The notes: generated by a model from the sequence alone, not told the origin. Positions 29,535-40,106 are shown, counted from the stretch's first letter. The stretch is DNA of 64,000 nucleotides from Pseudomonadota bacterium (GCA_038142205.1 JAYQJO010000001.1:2176430-2240429); one strand, 5' to 3'. Program-made: numbers and translations.

Positions 29535-30500
29535 TTACTTGAGTTTTTCCAGCTGCTTTTCAGCGACTTTTGCTGGAAGAGGGATATAACCGTCTTTTAC
29601 AACAACAAGCTGACCGGTTTTAGAAAGAACCATTTTCATGAATTCTGTTTCCAAAGGAGGCAAGGCTTTGTTTGGTTGTTTGTTAACGTAAACATACAGA
29701 AAACGGCCTAATGGATAGCTACCTTTTGACGCATTTTCTGGTGTTGCGTCGATGTATTCGCCGCCTTCTTTCTTGGTTAACGGCACAGCTTTAACACCTG
29801 ATGTCTTATAACCAATGCCGGAATAGCCTAAGCCGTTAAGTGACTTGGTAATACCTTGTACAACAGAAGCTGAACCAGGTTGTTCGTTAACGCTGTCTTT
29901 GTAGTCACCTTTACAAAGTGCTTTCTTTTTAAAGTAACCGTAGGTACCCGAAACTGAGTTACGACCATAAAGTTGAACAGGACGATTTGCCCAGTCACCG
30001 GTTAAACCTAATTGACCCCAGGTTTTGATGTCATTTGCATAACCACATTTACGAGTCGCAGAAAACATTGCATCAACTTGCGGAATGGTAAGGCCTTCAA
30101 TTGGGTTATCTTTATTTACATAAACAGCTAACGCATCAATAGCAACCGCGATTGGCGTTGGCTTGTAACCAAATTTACCTTCGAAAGCGGCAACTTCTTT
30201 GTCTTTCATTTTACGGCTCATAGGGCCAAAGTTAGAAGTACCTTCACTTAACGCTGGTGGTGCAGTTGAAGAACCTGCAGCCTGAATTTGAACATTAACG
30301 TTTGGGTATAAGCGTTTGAATTCTTCTGCCCAAAAGGTCATTAAGTTCGCTAGAGTATCAGAACCAACACTACTGATATTACCTGATACTCCGCTAGCCT
30401 TGTCATAATCAGCCAGGCCAGCATCAACCTTGTCTTCTGCCATTACCGGCATTGAGAGAGAGAGAGCAACTAAAATTGCCAAGATTCTCTTAATTTTCAT
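29535..30500 (-). CDS. pstS: Phosphate ABC transporter substrate-binding protein
   Basis: 321 aa with a signal peptide and the PBP superfamily fold; first gene of the pst operon. Confidence 0.9.
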   Translation of the reverse strand: MKIKRILAILVALSLSMPVMAEDKVDAGLADYDKASGVSGNISSVGSDTLANLMTFWAEEFKRLYPNVNVQIQAAGSSTAPPALSEGTSNFGPMSRKMKDKEVAAFEGKFGYKPTPIAVAIDALAVYVNKDNPIEGLTIPQVDAMFSATRKCGYANDIKTWGQLGLTGDWANRPVQLYGRNSVSGTYGYFKKKALCKGDYKDSVNEQPGSASVVQGITKSLNGLGYSGIGYKTSGVKAVPLTKKEGGEYIDATPENASKGSYPLGRFLYVYVNKQPNKALPPLETEFMKMVLSKTGQLVVVKDGYIPLPAKVAEKQLEKLK

Positions 30501-30562
30501 TGTGACTTATCTCCTTGAGATATTTAACGGAAACTGCTTAAAAATACCCAATAATTATCGAG

Positions 30563-30600
30563 AGATGACATGACATCATAGTTAAAAGAGTGTTACAGTT
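30563..30600 (-). promoter_or_regulatory. Putative Pho boxes upstream of pstS
   Basis: The minus strand reads CTGTAACACTCTTTTAACTATGATGTCATGTCATC. These are tandem 7-bp CTGTAAC / TGTCATG-type repeats at about 11-bp periodicity, resembling the PhoB-binding consensus CTGTCAT-N4-CTGTCAT. Confidence 0.4.
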
Positions 30601-30646
30601 TTATGACAAAGAAGGGGTGGTATTTATACTGCTAAAGGGACTAAAG

Positions 30647-31963
30647 TCAGGCAGAAACAGCGGTATCTTTATTGTTTTCCACACGGATGATGAGTGATTC
30701 AGGAAAAAAACAACGAAAAACACTACCTTTACCAACTTCACTTTCTATAACGAGCTCTGCTTCGTATCGCGCTACAGCATGCTTAACAATAGCTAGCCCC
30801 AAACCCGTACCTCCTTGTTCTCGCGAACGACCCGCATCAACACGATAAAATCGTTCGGTTAGCCGAGGAATATGCCTGGCTTCGATTCCAGAACCATTAT
30901 CACTGACACTGAAATACGCACCGCAATCATTTTGATGCCACTCAATGTCTATAGAACTATTTTCCGGCGTATATTGCACAGCATTAAAAACAAGGTTAGA
31001 AAAAATACTGTGTATCTCACGTTGATTTGCTTCTAGGTATAAATCCGGATCAGCACTCAAACTGATCTGATGTTTCATAAAACCGCTTACAGCTTTGGCC
31101 TCATTTACAATAGCGGATAATAATTCCGGAACAGGTACCGCCTCTTTCATTTTCTGGACTGACACATCTTCTAAACCTGAAAGTTGCAATAAGTCTTCTA
31201 TTAAGTTCTGCATACGACTCGTTTGGGATCGCATTTGCTTGATATAACTTACCCATTGTTCTGGGCATTCTGCATCATCCACAAAACCTTCAAGATAGCC
31301 GGAAATAACGGTTAGCGGGGTACGTAACTCATGTGATGCATTAGCAATAAAATCTCTACGCATCTGATTGATACGCGAAATGGCAGTAACATCTCTGGCG
31401 ACAAGTAGTTTTTGCGTATCACCATAAGCCGACAACCTGATTTCCAAAACCAGTTTACTATCCAATGGCAATGAAATTTGCAGCCCTTTTTGTAACTCAT
31501 CATCACTCGAGTTTAAATAGGTAATTAATTTAGGGTGCCTGACTAAATTGGAAAATCTCAGGCCGCTATCTCTGGGCCAGTTTATTCCAATATACTCTTG
31601 CGCTTTTACATTCGCCCATTCAATTTCATTATGTTCTCCCAAAACAATAACTGCATCGGGCAAAGCTCGCGTTGCTTCCTGGAAGCGTTTTAAATAGCCG
31701 GAAAGCTTCTGCTTACGTGATTTATTTCTATTACGCAAATAATCGATTTCTCGACAAATTTCATCAATTAAACCTGTCTGAGATGGCCCGCCGATTTCTT
31801 GTCTTTTTTGTAACCAGGTAAGAATTTTCGAATACTCTTTATATTGCCACCATATAAAAATGAGTAAACCAATGACGAGGCAATGCAGAAGATGACCAGA
31901 AACAAAACCAACTAATGCACTTAAAAGAAAAACTCCAATGAAGCGCCAGAAATCATACTTCAT
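30647..31963 (-). CDS. phoR: Phosphate regulon sensor histidine kinase
   Basis: 438 aa with two N-terminal TMs, PAS, HisKA (HELRTPL) and HATPase (GTGLGLAIVKH) domains. Downstream of phoB. Confidence 0.9.
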   Translation of the reverse strand: MKYDFWRFIGVFLLSALVGFVSGHLLHCLVIGLLIFIWWQYKEYSKILTWLQKRQEIGGPSQTGLIDEICREIDYLRNRNKSRKQKLSGYLKRFQEATRALPDAVIVLGEHNEIEWANVKAQEYIGINWPRDSGLRFSNLVRHPKLITYLNSSDDELQKGLQISLPLDSKLVLEIRLSAYGDTQKLLVARDVTAISRINQMRRDFIANASHELRTPLTVISGYLEGFVDDAECPEQWVSYIKQMRSQTSRMQNLIEDLLQLSGLEDVSVQKMKEAVPVPELLSAIVNEAKAVSGFMKHQISLSADPDLYLEANQREIHSIFSNLVFNAVQYTPENSSIDIEWHQNDCGAYFSVSDNGSGIEARHIPRLTERFYRVDAGRSREQGGTGLGLAIVKHAVARYEAELVIESEVGKGSVFRCFFPESLIIRVENNKDTAVSA

Positions 31964-31974
31964 AATGAATCAAA

Positions 31975-32685
31975 CTAACGTGTAGAAAACCGATACCCGA
32001 CACTTCGAACAGTTTGAATAAACTTATCAAACCCAAACGGCTCAAGCGTTTTTCTGAGACGGCGAATATGAACATCAACCGTGCGCTCCTCAACATAAAC
32101 ATTCTCACCCCAAACCTGATCGAGTAGTTGAGAACGACTATACACCCGTTCGGGATGTCCGATAAAGAAATGAAGCAATTTAAATTCGGTTGGACTGATA
32201 TCAATATCCTGTCCATCTACTGATACACGGTAAGTTTCCGGGTTAAATAAAAGACCTTCGACTTCAATTACGCCGGAATCTTTCGATCCGGAATATCGAC
32301 GCAAAACGGCTCTGACTCTGGCTATTAGCTCTTTGGTTGAAAAGGGCTTAGTAATGTAATCATCCGCTCCTGTCTCAAGTGCACGCACTTTATCTTCTTC
32401 GGCACCTTTAGCCGTTAACATAATAATAGGAATATCGCGTGTTTCCGGGGCACTCCGTAAACGACGCGCATAATCTACACCGCTCATGCCAGGCAACATC
32501 CAATCTAACAGAATTAAACTAGGCTTGTTTAATTCAATATTTGCGCGCGCGGTTTCAACATCTGGCGCTTCCTGACAATTAAAACCTTCCTTCATGAGAG
32601 CATAGCCCAGCATGCCGCGAATGGCTTCTTCATCTTCAACAACCAAGATCTTATCTTTAGTAGGGCTCAACTGTGCTTCCAACAT
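31975..32685 (-). CDS. phoB: Phosphate regulon response regulator
   Basis: 236 aa, OmpR-family receiver plus winged helix ([12 protein letters not shown]...[10 protein letters not shown]...). Tightly linked to phoR. Confidence 0.95.
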   Translation of the reverse strand: MLEAQLSPTKDKILVVEDEEAIRGMLGYALMKEGFNCQEAPDVETARANIELNKPSLILLDWMLPGMSGVDYARRLRSAPETRDIPIIMLTAKGAEEDKVRALETGADDYITKPFSTKELIARVRAVLRRYSGSKDSGVIEVEGLLFNPETYRVSVDGQDIDISPTEFKLLHFFIGHPERVYSRSQLLDQVWGENVYVEERTVDVHIRRLRKTLEPFGFDKFIQTVRSVGYRFSTR

Positions 32686-32708
32686 AAAGTGTATTAGATA
32701 ACATAAAT

Positions 32709-32727
32709 ATTACACCTTTGTGACAAA
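32709..32727 (-). promoter_or_regulatory. Putative Pho box upstream of phoB (autoregulation)
   Basis: The minus strand reads TTGTCAC-AAAG-GTGTAAT: two 7-mers with a 4-nt spacer. A -10-like TATCTAAT follows. Confidence 0.35.
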
Positions 32728-32869
32728 ATAACTTAATCATTTAACAATAAAAGCTTTCTTAAATCGACGGAGAATAAAATAATAATGACAAGTAAAAAAG
32801 ATGCATCGTGTATAGGCTGGAGACTAGCGTTACACTCAATAGAGGCGGTCTAATTGACCTAAACGCGAC

Positions 32870-32892
32870 AGGCCTGAGAGAACCTCAGGCCT
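32870..32892 (-). terminator. Hairpin downstream of the porin gene
   Basis: Perfect inverted repeat AGGCCTGAG-AGAAC-CTCAGGCCT located 20-40 nt past the porin stop. The trailing U-tract is weak. Confidence 0.35.
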
Positions 32893-32910
32893 GCCAATCA
32901 AGCATACTTC

Positions 32911-34332
32911 TTAGAAGGAAACATCCCATTGAACACGGAATCGATCGTCATTAACATCACGATTTGCGACACCATCATCGAGAGTTAAATGTGAATAATC
33001 GAGTGTGACTTTGTTATTATGTCCCGCAAAAAACCAGTTTGCGCCAAGCGTGAATTCTTCACGTGTATTATCAATTGCAATATTGCCACTGTTTGGTTCA
33101 TTAACGAAGGCATAACGTGCAGCAAACTCTAGTTCTTTTGGTATAGAAGGAAGCAATTCATGAAAAAAGTAACCCGCTTGTACATAACCACCGGTTAAAT
33201 CACTGGTTGTGTTGTTGGCAGTATCATCAATTGATTTCCAATGTAATTCTTCTTGGATCGATAAACCATTATATTTAAACGCAAATCCCTGAGAGACTTG
33301 CTCAACCTTATATTGTCCATCAGATGCGGTAGCCGGGCTGGCAAAACCACTTAAATTACCACAACCACTAGAAGACCATCGGGTACAACGACCGGTGTTA
33401 GTTGCAGCTGAAAAAGACAGGCTACCGGTTGGTTTCTTGGTACGTTCTACGTCTGTCTGACGCCATTTAAGATCACGCCCTAAGAAATTCCATTGCAAAC
33501 GACCCATATACATCAAGTCTTCATCATCGTTACGTACGCCACGACCCTCACCGGTAAAAACACCAGCCCAGTAACGCAAGTCAGCTGGCGTTTCTTTGAA
33601 CAAACGACCTCTTATTTGCGCACCGACCTGACGGTCGATAGTAAAGATACGATTGGCGATAGAACGTTCAACAAATTGTTGACGGCCTGAGGAATCCACA
33701 CGCTCTCTGTTGTAATCGATTTTCCATTGACCTAAGCGCAATGCTAGCCAATCCCATTTATCAGCAGTAATACGCCAATCAATTACACGTGAGCTTGCAT
33801 TAGCACCACTATCGTCGGAATCACGCGTTGGTTGCAGGTCAACCTCAAAGTAATAACCTAACCATGGACGAAATCCATGACCCCCTATTTTCATACGTAA
33901 TCGGCGAGCTTCGAAAGTATTTTTTGAAATACCGGTAGTAAAATTGCCAAGCGATCTAGGATCGCCTGTTGTCGGCGTAGTGTAGCGAAGCTGTGCTCGC
34001 CATTGTAAATTGGTTTGCCAGTTTCCATCTTTTGATTCGAAACGAAAACCTTTTTTGCCATGGCTGACTTTAACAGGAAATTCTTCATCGACTTTTTTAG
34101 CAAGTGCTTCATCGACTTTTTTCTCAACCATTTTTTCAGTGGCACCGAAGTCTTTGCTACTCAAGCTTTCTTTTTTCATTAACTCCCCATGCTGCTCCTT
34201 ATTAATAGCGCCATTCTCCAGCAGTATGTCAAGTAACGCCTTATCTGCAGCATGCGACGTTGAACTTAATACAGTCAGGAAAAAAGCAAGGCTTGCATAG
34301 AAATATTTCGTTTGTTTTCGAAAAACTTTCAT
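32911..34332 (-). CDS. Phosphate-selective porin O/P family outer-membrane protein
   Basis: Likely start is MKVFRKQTKYFYASLAFFLTVLSSTSHA (signal peptide) at 34332; the track ORF extends to 34413. Beta-barrel-like alternating pattern with a C-terminal ...WDVSF. Adjacent to phoBR. Confidence 0.6.
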   Translation of the reverse strand: MKVFRKQTKYFYASLAFFLTVLSSTSHAADKALLDILLENGAINKEQHGELMKKESLSSKDFGATEKMVEKKVDEALAKKVDEEFPVKVSHGKKGFRFESKDGNWQTNLQWRAQLRYTTPTTGDPRSLGNFTTGISKNTFEARRLRMKIGGHGFRPWLGYYFEVDLQPTRDSDDSGANASSRVIDWRITADKWDWLALRLGQWKIDYNRERVDSSGRQQFVERSIANRIFTIDRQVGAQIRGRLFKETPADLRYWAGVFTGEGRGVRNDDEDLMYMGRLQWNFLGRDLKWRQTDVERTKKPTGSLSFSAATNTGRCTRWSSSGCGNLSGFASPATASDGQYKVEQVSQGFAFKYNGLSIQEELHWKSIDDTANNTTSDLTGGYVQAGYFFHELLPSIPKELEFAARYAFVNEPNSGNIAIDNTREEFTLGANWFFAGHNNKVTLDYSHLTLDDGVANRDVNDDRFRVQWDVSF

Positions 34333-34969
34333 TTGTATATCCCAGTAGTTATTGATAATTAATAAAACGAATTTATGGAAACAGCCTGATAACCATAACC
34401 ACGGATTCCCCAAAAATTATTTTTAAGAATCTTTGGCAAACTCACCATAAAGACCTTGGACAGGATTTTCAGGTCTTAAAATGACAAAGAAATGTCTGAA
34501 ATATTACAATTGTGTTACGAACTGGCGGAAACACAGAAGAGAAGTTAATTCGCAATGTTGCTGGAAACATTACTAAAATATATTTTTCTTGTTACACCAA
34601 ACAAAATAACCTAAAAGATAAATTGCAATCACTTTATTAACAAAACCCTTATCTTCAAGATGCTTTGAATTAAATGATACAGAGTATGACAAAGTACCTT
34701 CCAAATCTGGAAAAGTATTTCAGACGAGTAGCGTTTAAATAGAATTGAATAAGTTCAAGAGAAACTCTGATATCAATGATAAAAGACGTTGCAAGAATAA
34801 AGCGGAAGCGATTATCCAGTATCGTGACAAAACGCCCCTTTTAAATCAATCGATGAAATTACAGCTGACTAACGATTATTAAATTTTTAATGATTTTTTT
34901 AAAAGCTTCTGTAAAGGCCTTTTTATAGCAACGAATAAATATTAAACCCGATCAGCTTAATGATAAAGA

Positions 34970-35665
34970 TTAGTCCAGAAAAGAAAAATTAGTCAGTACG
35001 CCAAAGAACCCAATATGGTTAACAACATCATCTGAACCATTTTGACCATTAACGAACTGGTTTTGGTAGCCCATCTCGAATGCCAAATTATTTGATACTT
35101 TATAATTTAAACCGACAAATAAACGGTTTTGATTGAATCCTGATTGAGGCCCGCGATCTACATTATTTAAGTGAATAAAAACTTCTTCATTAATTGCTAA
35201 CGATAATTTTTCATGTATTCCAGTTAATGGATAAGTAAGTCGGGCAAAATATCTAAAACGTAACGCTGTATCATCAACATCTTCAAGAACTCGTTGCTCA
35301 AAACGCAAGCGATGTACAAGAGACAAACTGTCTGTTAAAGACTGCTTACCCAGCAATTCCTGGAAAAAACGGTGCTCAACCTTATCTGGATCATAGGTGG
35401 GAATCACTGCGTAACCCTGATAGATACCAACATTAGGGCTAATTTGATAACCCAGCGCACCTCTGATTAATAAGGTATCAATACTGCCATTATCACCGCC
35501 TGCTATATCATCAACAGTAAACCTCGGTTGAATATCCAAAAACCCACGATAGTCTTCAGAAAATTGAAAGCGACTTAGTGACATAAACCATGCGCTCGAA
35601 CGATCTTCCGTATCAGCATAGACATTAAGAGATAATAAAAGCAAAAAGATACAAACTAGTTTCAT
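34970..35665 (-). CDS. Secreted beta-rich protein, DUF2490-like
   Basis: 231 aa with signal peptide MKLVCIFLLLLSLNVYA, an amphipathic beta-strand pattern, and a C-terminal aromatic residue (…NFSFLD). Confidence 0.4.
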   Translation of the reverse strand: MKLVCIFLLLLSLNVYADTEDRSSAWFMSLSRFQFSEDYRGFLDIQPRFTVDDIAGGDNGSIDTLLIRGALGYQISPNVGIYQGYAVIPTYDPDKVEHRFFQELLGKQSLTDSLSLVHRLRFEQRVLEDVDDTALRFRYFARLTYPLTGIHEKLSLAINEEVFIHLNNVDRGPQSGFNQNRLFVGLNYKVSNNLAFEMGYQNQFVNGQNGSDDVVNHIGFFGVLTNFSFLD

Positions 35666-35682
35666 AAATAATTTATTACCCG

Positions 35683-35934
35683 TTAATTATAATAGTTCGT
35701 TATATTTCGTAACTTACATTTTTCTTGCTGCAGGATGAAAAACTTACAATGAAACCTTTTTACAGAACTCCTTAAGTCTTCAGCAACTTCATTATCGCAA
35801 CCCCTGATCACCGTTCGTGTTTTAAATGCAGGCTTTCCTCTAAAATCAACTTCAGTGTATTTACACATCACCCTAGAGTCATATTTGAACTCATCAAAAA
35901 TAGCAATCCAGAAAAAACACTGTGATATGTTCAA
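35683..35934 (-). CDS. Hypothetical small Cys-containing protein
   Basis: 83-aa ORF with no recognisable motifs. Support is weak. Confidence 0.2.
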   Translation of the reverse strand: MNISQCFFWIAIFDEFKYDSRVMCKYTEVDFRGKPAFKTRTVIRGCDNEVAEDLRSSVKRFHCKFFILQQEKCKLRNITNYYN

Positions 35935-36034
35935 TAGAGATATTCATACTTATACCCCTATTATCTTATCTAATTAATTTTAACCAAATTCGTTTAACTA
36001 GCTGGGCAAAAAGATTAATGCCCAGCTTATCGTT

Positions 36035-37663
36035 TTAACTCTCGGGTAAGGCAATTAACGCTGCCTCTAATGCCTGTTCCCGAGTTTCATAATGGTCTGT
36101 CTTAGGAAGATGTTTGTCAGCTTCAAGAGCTTCCAAAACATTTGATACGGTATCGTTCATGCCGCACATATAAACTTTGCGACCAGTATGTATTGCGCCC
36201 TCAGCAATCGTTTCGATAGCCAATGCTGCAGAAACGTCAAGCGATTGCATGCGCGTAAAATCCAGAATAAGAGCGTTTCCTTTTTCTAATATTGAACGTG
36301 CATGATGTCCCAAATCAGCAGCAGCACCAAAACTGAGTGGACCATTGAAATCAAAAACTGTGATGCGGTTTTGTGATTTTTCAAGTATTTCTAATTCCCG
36401 TTCAGAAGCAGTATGTAAAATTAAATCGGTTTGCTTTAGATGTTCGATTTGAATTTTTGCTATCTGCTTTACAAAAGCAATAGAGGCAAGAACAACACCG
36501 ACTGCAACGGCTGTAATAAGATCAACAAAAATGGTTAGGCCTAGCACAATAATCATTAAGGCTAGATCCCAACTTGGTCCTTTATGAGAGTTTTTAATAT
36601 AGTCCCAATCAATAATATCGAGGCCTACTTTAACCAGAATACCAGCAAGAACTGCATTCGGGATTACTGAAGCATAAGGGCCTAAACCAAGTACGATGGC
36701 AAGTAGAAATAGCGCATGCACCATCCCTGATATTCTGGTTTTACCGCCTGTTCTAATATTGACGACCGTACGCATAGTGGCACCAGCACCGGGGGCTCCA
36801 CCGAAAAGACCAGCAAAGGTATTACCTATACCTTGTCCAACCAATTCTTTATTTGAGTCATGCCGCGTACGCGTCATATTATCCGCCACCAACGATGTCA
36901 AAAGACTATCGATTGCACCAAGTAGTGCAAGCACAAAGGCGGCTTCGACAACAATAAAAAAAGACACAGTCGTGATCTCAGGCAGGTGGATCTGTGGAAG
37001 TCCGCTTGGTATATCTCCAAGAATAGGCAAATTACCAATAAATAAACTTATTATCGTTCCTATAATTAATGCCGCTAGGGGGCCGGGTAAAAACTTTCCT
37101 AGTTTTGGCGGCCATTTCAGTGCAATAAATAAAGTCAACGCTCCAAGAAAAAGAGTCATAACATTCATATCACTGATGGCTGTTGGCGTATAAAATAAAG
37201 CATCAAGTGTCCCTGCTGGGGTTTCATGACCAAGTAGCGGACTTATTTGTAAAATAATAATAATCCCACCTATACCACTCATAAAACCACTGATAACAGG
37301 ATAAGGCACTAACCTTATATAATCGCCAAGCTTAAAAACGCCCATGACGATTTGAAAAATACCGGCCAGCACAATTGCTGTAAAAATAAGTTCGACATTG
37401 CCATTCAAATCTGGATGAGCTGCGATACTGGCTACAAGCCCGGCAACAACGACAGTCATAGGACCTGTAGGACCGGAGATTTGTGACTCTGTACCCCCAA
37501 AGAATGCTGCAAAAAACCCAACAAAAATTGCGCCGTATAGACCTGCTATTGGACCAAGCCCCGATGCGACTCCCATCGCAAGCGCAAGAGGAAGCGCCAC
37601 GACACCTGCTGTTAGGCCTCCGTAGATATCGCCGCGAAGATTAGATGTATTTAATTTAATCAT
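36035..37663 (-). CDS. SulP-family anion transporter with C-terminal STAS domain (candidate bicarbonate transporter)
   Basis: 542 aa. Sulfate-permease TM core followed by a STAS domain. Co-oriented with the beta-carbonic anhydrase immediately upstream. Confidence 0.85.
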   Translation of the reverse strand: MIKLNTSNLRGDIYGGLTAGVVALPLALAMGVASGLGPIAGLYGAIFVGFFAAFFGGTESQISGPTGPMTVVVAGLVASIAAHPDLNGNVELIFTAIVLAGIFQIVMGVFKLGDYIRLVPYPVISGFMSGIGGIIIILQISPLLGHETPAGTLDALFYTPTAISDMNVMTLFLGALTLFIALKWPPKLGKFLPGPLAALIIGTIISLFIGNLPILGDIPSGLPQIHLPEITTVSFFIVVEAAFVLALLGAIDSLLTSLVADNMTRTRHDSNKELVGQGIGNTFAGLFGGAPGAGATMRTVVNIRTGGKTRISGMVHALFLLAIVLGLGPYASVIPNAVLAGILVKVGLDIIDWDYIKNSHKGPSWDLALMIIVLGLTIFVDLITAVAVGVVLASIAFVKQIAKIQIEHLKQTDLILHTASERELEILEKSQNRITVFDFNGPLSFGAAADLGHHARSILEKGNALILDFTRMQSLDVSAALAIETIAEGAIHTGRKVYMCGMNDTVSNVLEALEADKHLPKTDHYETREQALEAALIALPES

Positions 37664-37766
37664 GTATAAATTCCTATTGGATTATTCCACTCTAATTAAA
37701 AATTTTATGTTTTGTATTTATTTTAAAAGCTTATATAACATCAACTTTATAGCAATATAAAGATTA

Positions 37767-38390
37767 CTAAATATCAAAGTTAACTTTTCCTGTTGATAGA
37801 TCATGGTACCCACCGACTATTTTAACTTCTTTGTTGTCTATCATTTCTTTAATGATCGAACTTCTCGCCTGAATATCTTCTATAACTTTTTTCACATTAA
37901 GAATAGTTACTTTCTCAACAAATTCCGGATTTGCTGAGCTACGATCCTGTTCAACCGTTTTTTCATCATCTACTGCCGGATTTATTTTTGTTAACAGTCC
38001 GGTTAAGTTACCTAATTCAACATGATCACATGCGCCTTTTACAGCTCCACATCCACTATGACCAAGAACAACAATGACTTTTGAACCGGCAGCTTTACAA
38101 CCAAACTCCATGCTACCAAGAATATCCTCATTGAGGATGTTTCCTGCGATACGAACATTAAATGCATCGCCAAAACCCAAATCGAAAATATGTTCAGATG
38201 AAGTTCTTGAATCAATACAGCTTAAAATAACAGCAAACGGGTGTTGCCCACCTGATGTTTCTTTTGCCTGATCTAATAAATTACGATTTACCGTTGAATT
38301 ACTGGCAAAACGTTCATTGCCCTCTTTTAGTAAATTAAAAGCCTCATCAGGTGTTATGTTGTCCTGCATTTCTTTAGTAAATGTTTTCAT
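37767..38390 (-). CDS. Beta-class carbonic anhydrase
   Basis: 207 aa. Zn ligands in SCIDSR...HSGCGAV, the canonical beta-CA motifs. Confidence 0.9.
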   Translation of the reverse strand: MKTFTKEMQDNITPDEAFNLLKEGNERFASNSTVNRNLLDQAKETSGGQHPFAVILSCIDSRTSSEHIFDLGFGDAFNVRIAGNILNEDILGSMEFGCKAAGSKVIVVLGHSGCGAVKGACDHVELGNLTGLLTKINPAVDDEKTVEQDRSSANPEFVEKVTILNVKKVIEDIQARSSIIKEMIDNKEVKIVGGYHDLSTGKVNFDI

Positions 38391-38558
38391 CTAATTCCTG
38401 ACCCCAATTAAATTAATTAATCCAATACTTGTATAAGTAGTCTGCGTTTCTTTATTCATGAACTTTATTGATTTTAATATATAGATAAAGTTTTTTATAT
38501 AATCTGTTATTTGTGATAGGATTTTCCTTTCATAGCTGCATATAGAAGTCTATAATTT

Positions 38559-39503
38559 ATGCAAATGACAGATTTAAATATCTCACTAAAACAACTCAGG
38601 TACTACCTTGTAGCGGCAAGGCATAAAAGCTTACGTCAAGCCTGTAGGGAATTAAAAATATCTCAACCCTCTCTCAGTGCACAGTTAAAAGAGCTGGAGA
38701 AGTCACTCGGTGTTAATTTATTCGAACGAAATAGAGGTGGTGTTTTATTAACACCAATAGGCAGAGAATTAACCAGTAAGGCACAGAGTACAGTCAATGC
38801 TGCTAAATCAATAATTGATACAGCAAATTTCGTTTCAAATGGCCCATCAGGAACTTTTCGACTTGGTACCAGCCCCTCGCTAGGCCCCTATAGTTTGCCA
38901 AACGTATTGCCAGAAATTCATGAAAAATATAGTGGCGTAAAGTTTTATGTCCGTGAAGAAGTACCTACTTTACTATATGAAGGCTTAATAACTGGAAAGT
39001 ATGATTTAATATTAACCACTTTACCTATTCAACTTCACTCAATAACAGTATCACCTTTATATAGAGAGCCCATTTATTTGGTTATCAATACCGAGCATTA
39101 TTTAGCAAAAAATAAAACCATTACCACGGAACAGTTAGCAGGCTTAGAAGTTCTGACAATTGAAGAGCACCATCTTTTTTTTGCACAAGTAGAAGCATTA
39201 TGTAAAAAGTTTAATGCTAAATTACTTAGAGACTACGAAGGAACAAGTCTTGACTCTATTAGACAAATGGTCCAGATGGGTATGGGAGCCGCTTTTCTAC
39301 CTGCATTATATGTACGATCAGAAATAACGGATAAAAATAAATTAAAAGTATTTAAAGTAGAAGGGGAGTCAATTTATCGCGACAATATATTATGTTGGCG
39401 CGACACATCTCCACTAAAATCTTTTTACAAAAACTTGAGTTCATTCTTAAAAAAAGCACTTTTAAAAGAGTATAAAACAGATATCACTCTTCTTCCTTCA
39501 TAA
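38559..39503 (+). CDS. LysR-family transcriptional regulator
   Basis: 314 aa with an N-terminal HTH (LRYYLVAARHKSLRQACRELKISQPSLSAQLKELEKSLGVNLFER). Divergent from the CA-SulP operon. Confidence 0.85.
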   Translation: MQMTDLNISLKQLRYYLVAARHKSLRQACRELKISQPSLSAQLKELEKSLGVNLFERNRGGVLLTPIGRELTSKAQSTVNAAKSIIDTANFVSNGPSGTFRLGTSPSLGPYSLPNVLPEIHEKYSGVKFYVREEVPTLLYEGLITGKYDLILTTLPIQLHSITVSPLYREPIYLVINTEHYLAKNKTITTEQLAGLEVLTIEEHHLFFAQVEALCKKFNAKLLRDYEGTSLDSIRQMVQMGMGAAFLPALYVRSEITDKNKLKVFKVEGESIYRDNILCWRDTSPLKSFYKNLSSFLKKALLKEYKTDITLLPS

Positions 39504-39785
39504 GGTTTGATCGCTCTCCTAAAAATTTATTTCTTTCTTAAAACTACACCTAAACGAGGCTTTTATACAAAAGATGTATTAATGCCGCTAAAATTTAGGA
39601 ATCTAAAGTGACGCCTGTTAACTAAGCCAAGTTGTTATGAAAAAATAACAACCATTATTATTCATTCAAATAAATGAGAATTTTTTCTCATAAAATTACC
39701 CTTTTGAAAGAATTGTTAAAACATTGTTGTATAGCTAGGATGACTTTTCATTTTAAACGGAAAAAAATTATAAGGAGATAATCTT

Positions 39786-40052
39786 ATGAAGCTAATTCAT
39801 TCAATCATCCTAACTTTACTTCTAGCGTTACCTGTTATTAGTTTTAGTGCTGACACAATTAATATCAATACTGCTGACAAAGAAACCTTAATGTCTGTTA
39901 TTAAAGGTGTTGGCGAAAAGAAAGCGGAAGCGATTATTATTTACCGTGAAGAAAATGGTGAATTTAAAACGGTTGATGAACTGGCCAATGTCAAAGGAAT
40001 CGGTCAAGGCATCGTCGAGAAACATAAAGAGCAACTTGCTGTTTCCGATTAA
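39786..40052 (+). CDS. comEA: ComEA-family helix-hairpin-helix DNA-binding protein
   Basis: 88 aa with a signal peptide plus INTADKETL...IKGVGEKKAEAII..., the HhH motif. Confidence 0.8.
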   Translation: MKLIHSIILTLLLALPVISFSADTININTADKETLMSVIKGVGEKKAEAIIIYREENGEFKTVDELANVKGIGQGIVEKHKEQLAVSD

Positions 40053-40077
40053 TACCTCTTCTCATCTTGATGTGATT

Positions 40078-40106
40078 AAAGGCCTCTTCGGAGGTCTTTG
40101 TCATTT
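40078..40106 (+). terminator. Rho-independent terminator after comEA
   Basis: AAAGGCCTC-TTCG-GAGGTCTTT stem-loop (GNRA-like tetraloop) followed by GTCATTT. Confidence 0.45.

Noticed and set aside
34333-34413. N-terminal 27-aa extension of the porin ORF (MGNPWLWLSGCFHKFVLLIINNYWDIQ).
   Set aside because: The downstream Met begins a canonical signal peptide (MKVFRKQTKYFYASLAFFLTVLSSTSHA). The extension is hydrophobic junk in front of it, so the shorter start was used.
39628-39655. Perfect 8-bp inverted repeat GTTGTTAT-GAAAAA-ATAACAAC, superficially similar to the attC box sequences.
   Set aside because: A simple hairpin with no attC-like bipartite structure. It lies downstream of the LysR gene and is followed by a T-rich stretch, so it is more likely that gene's terminator.
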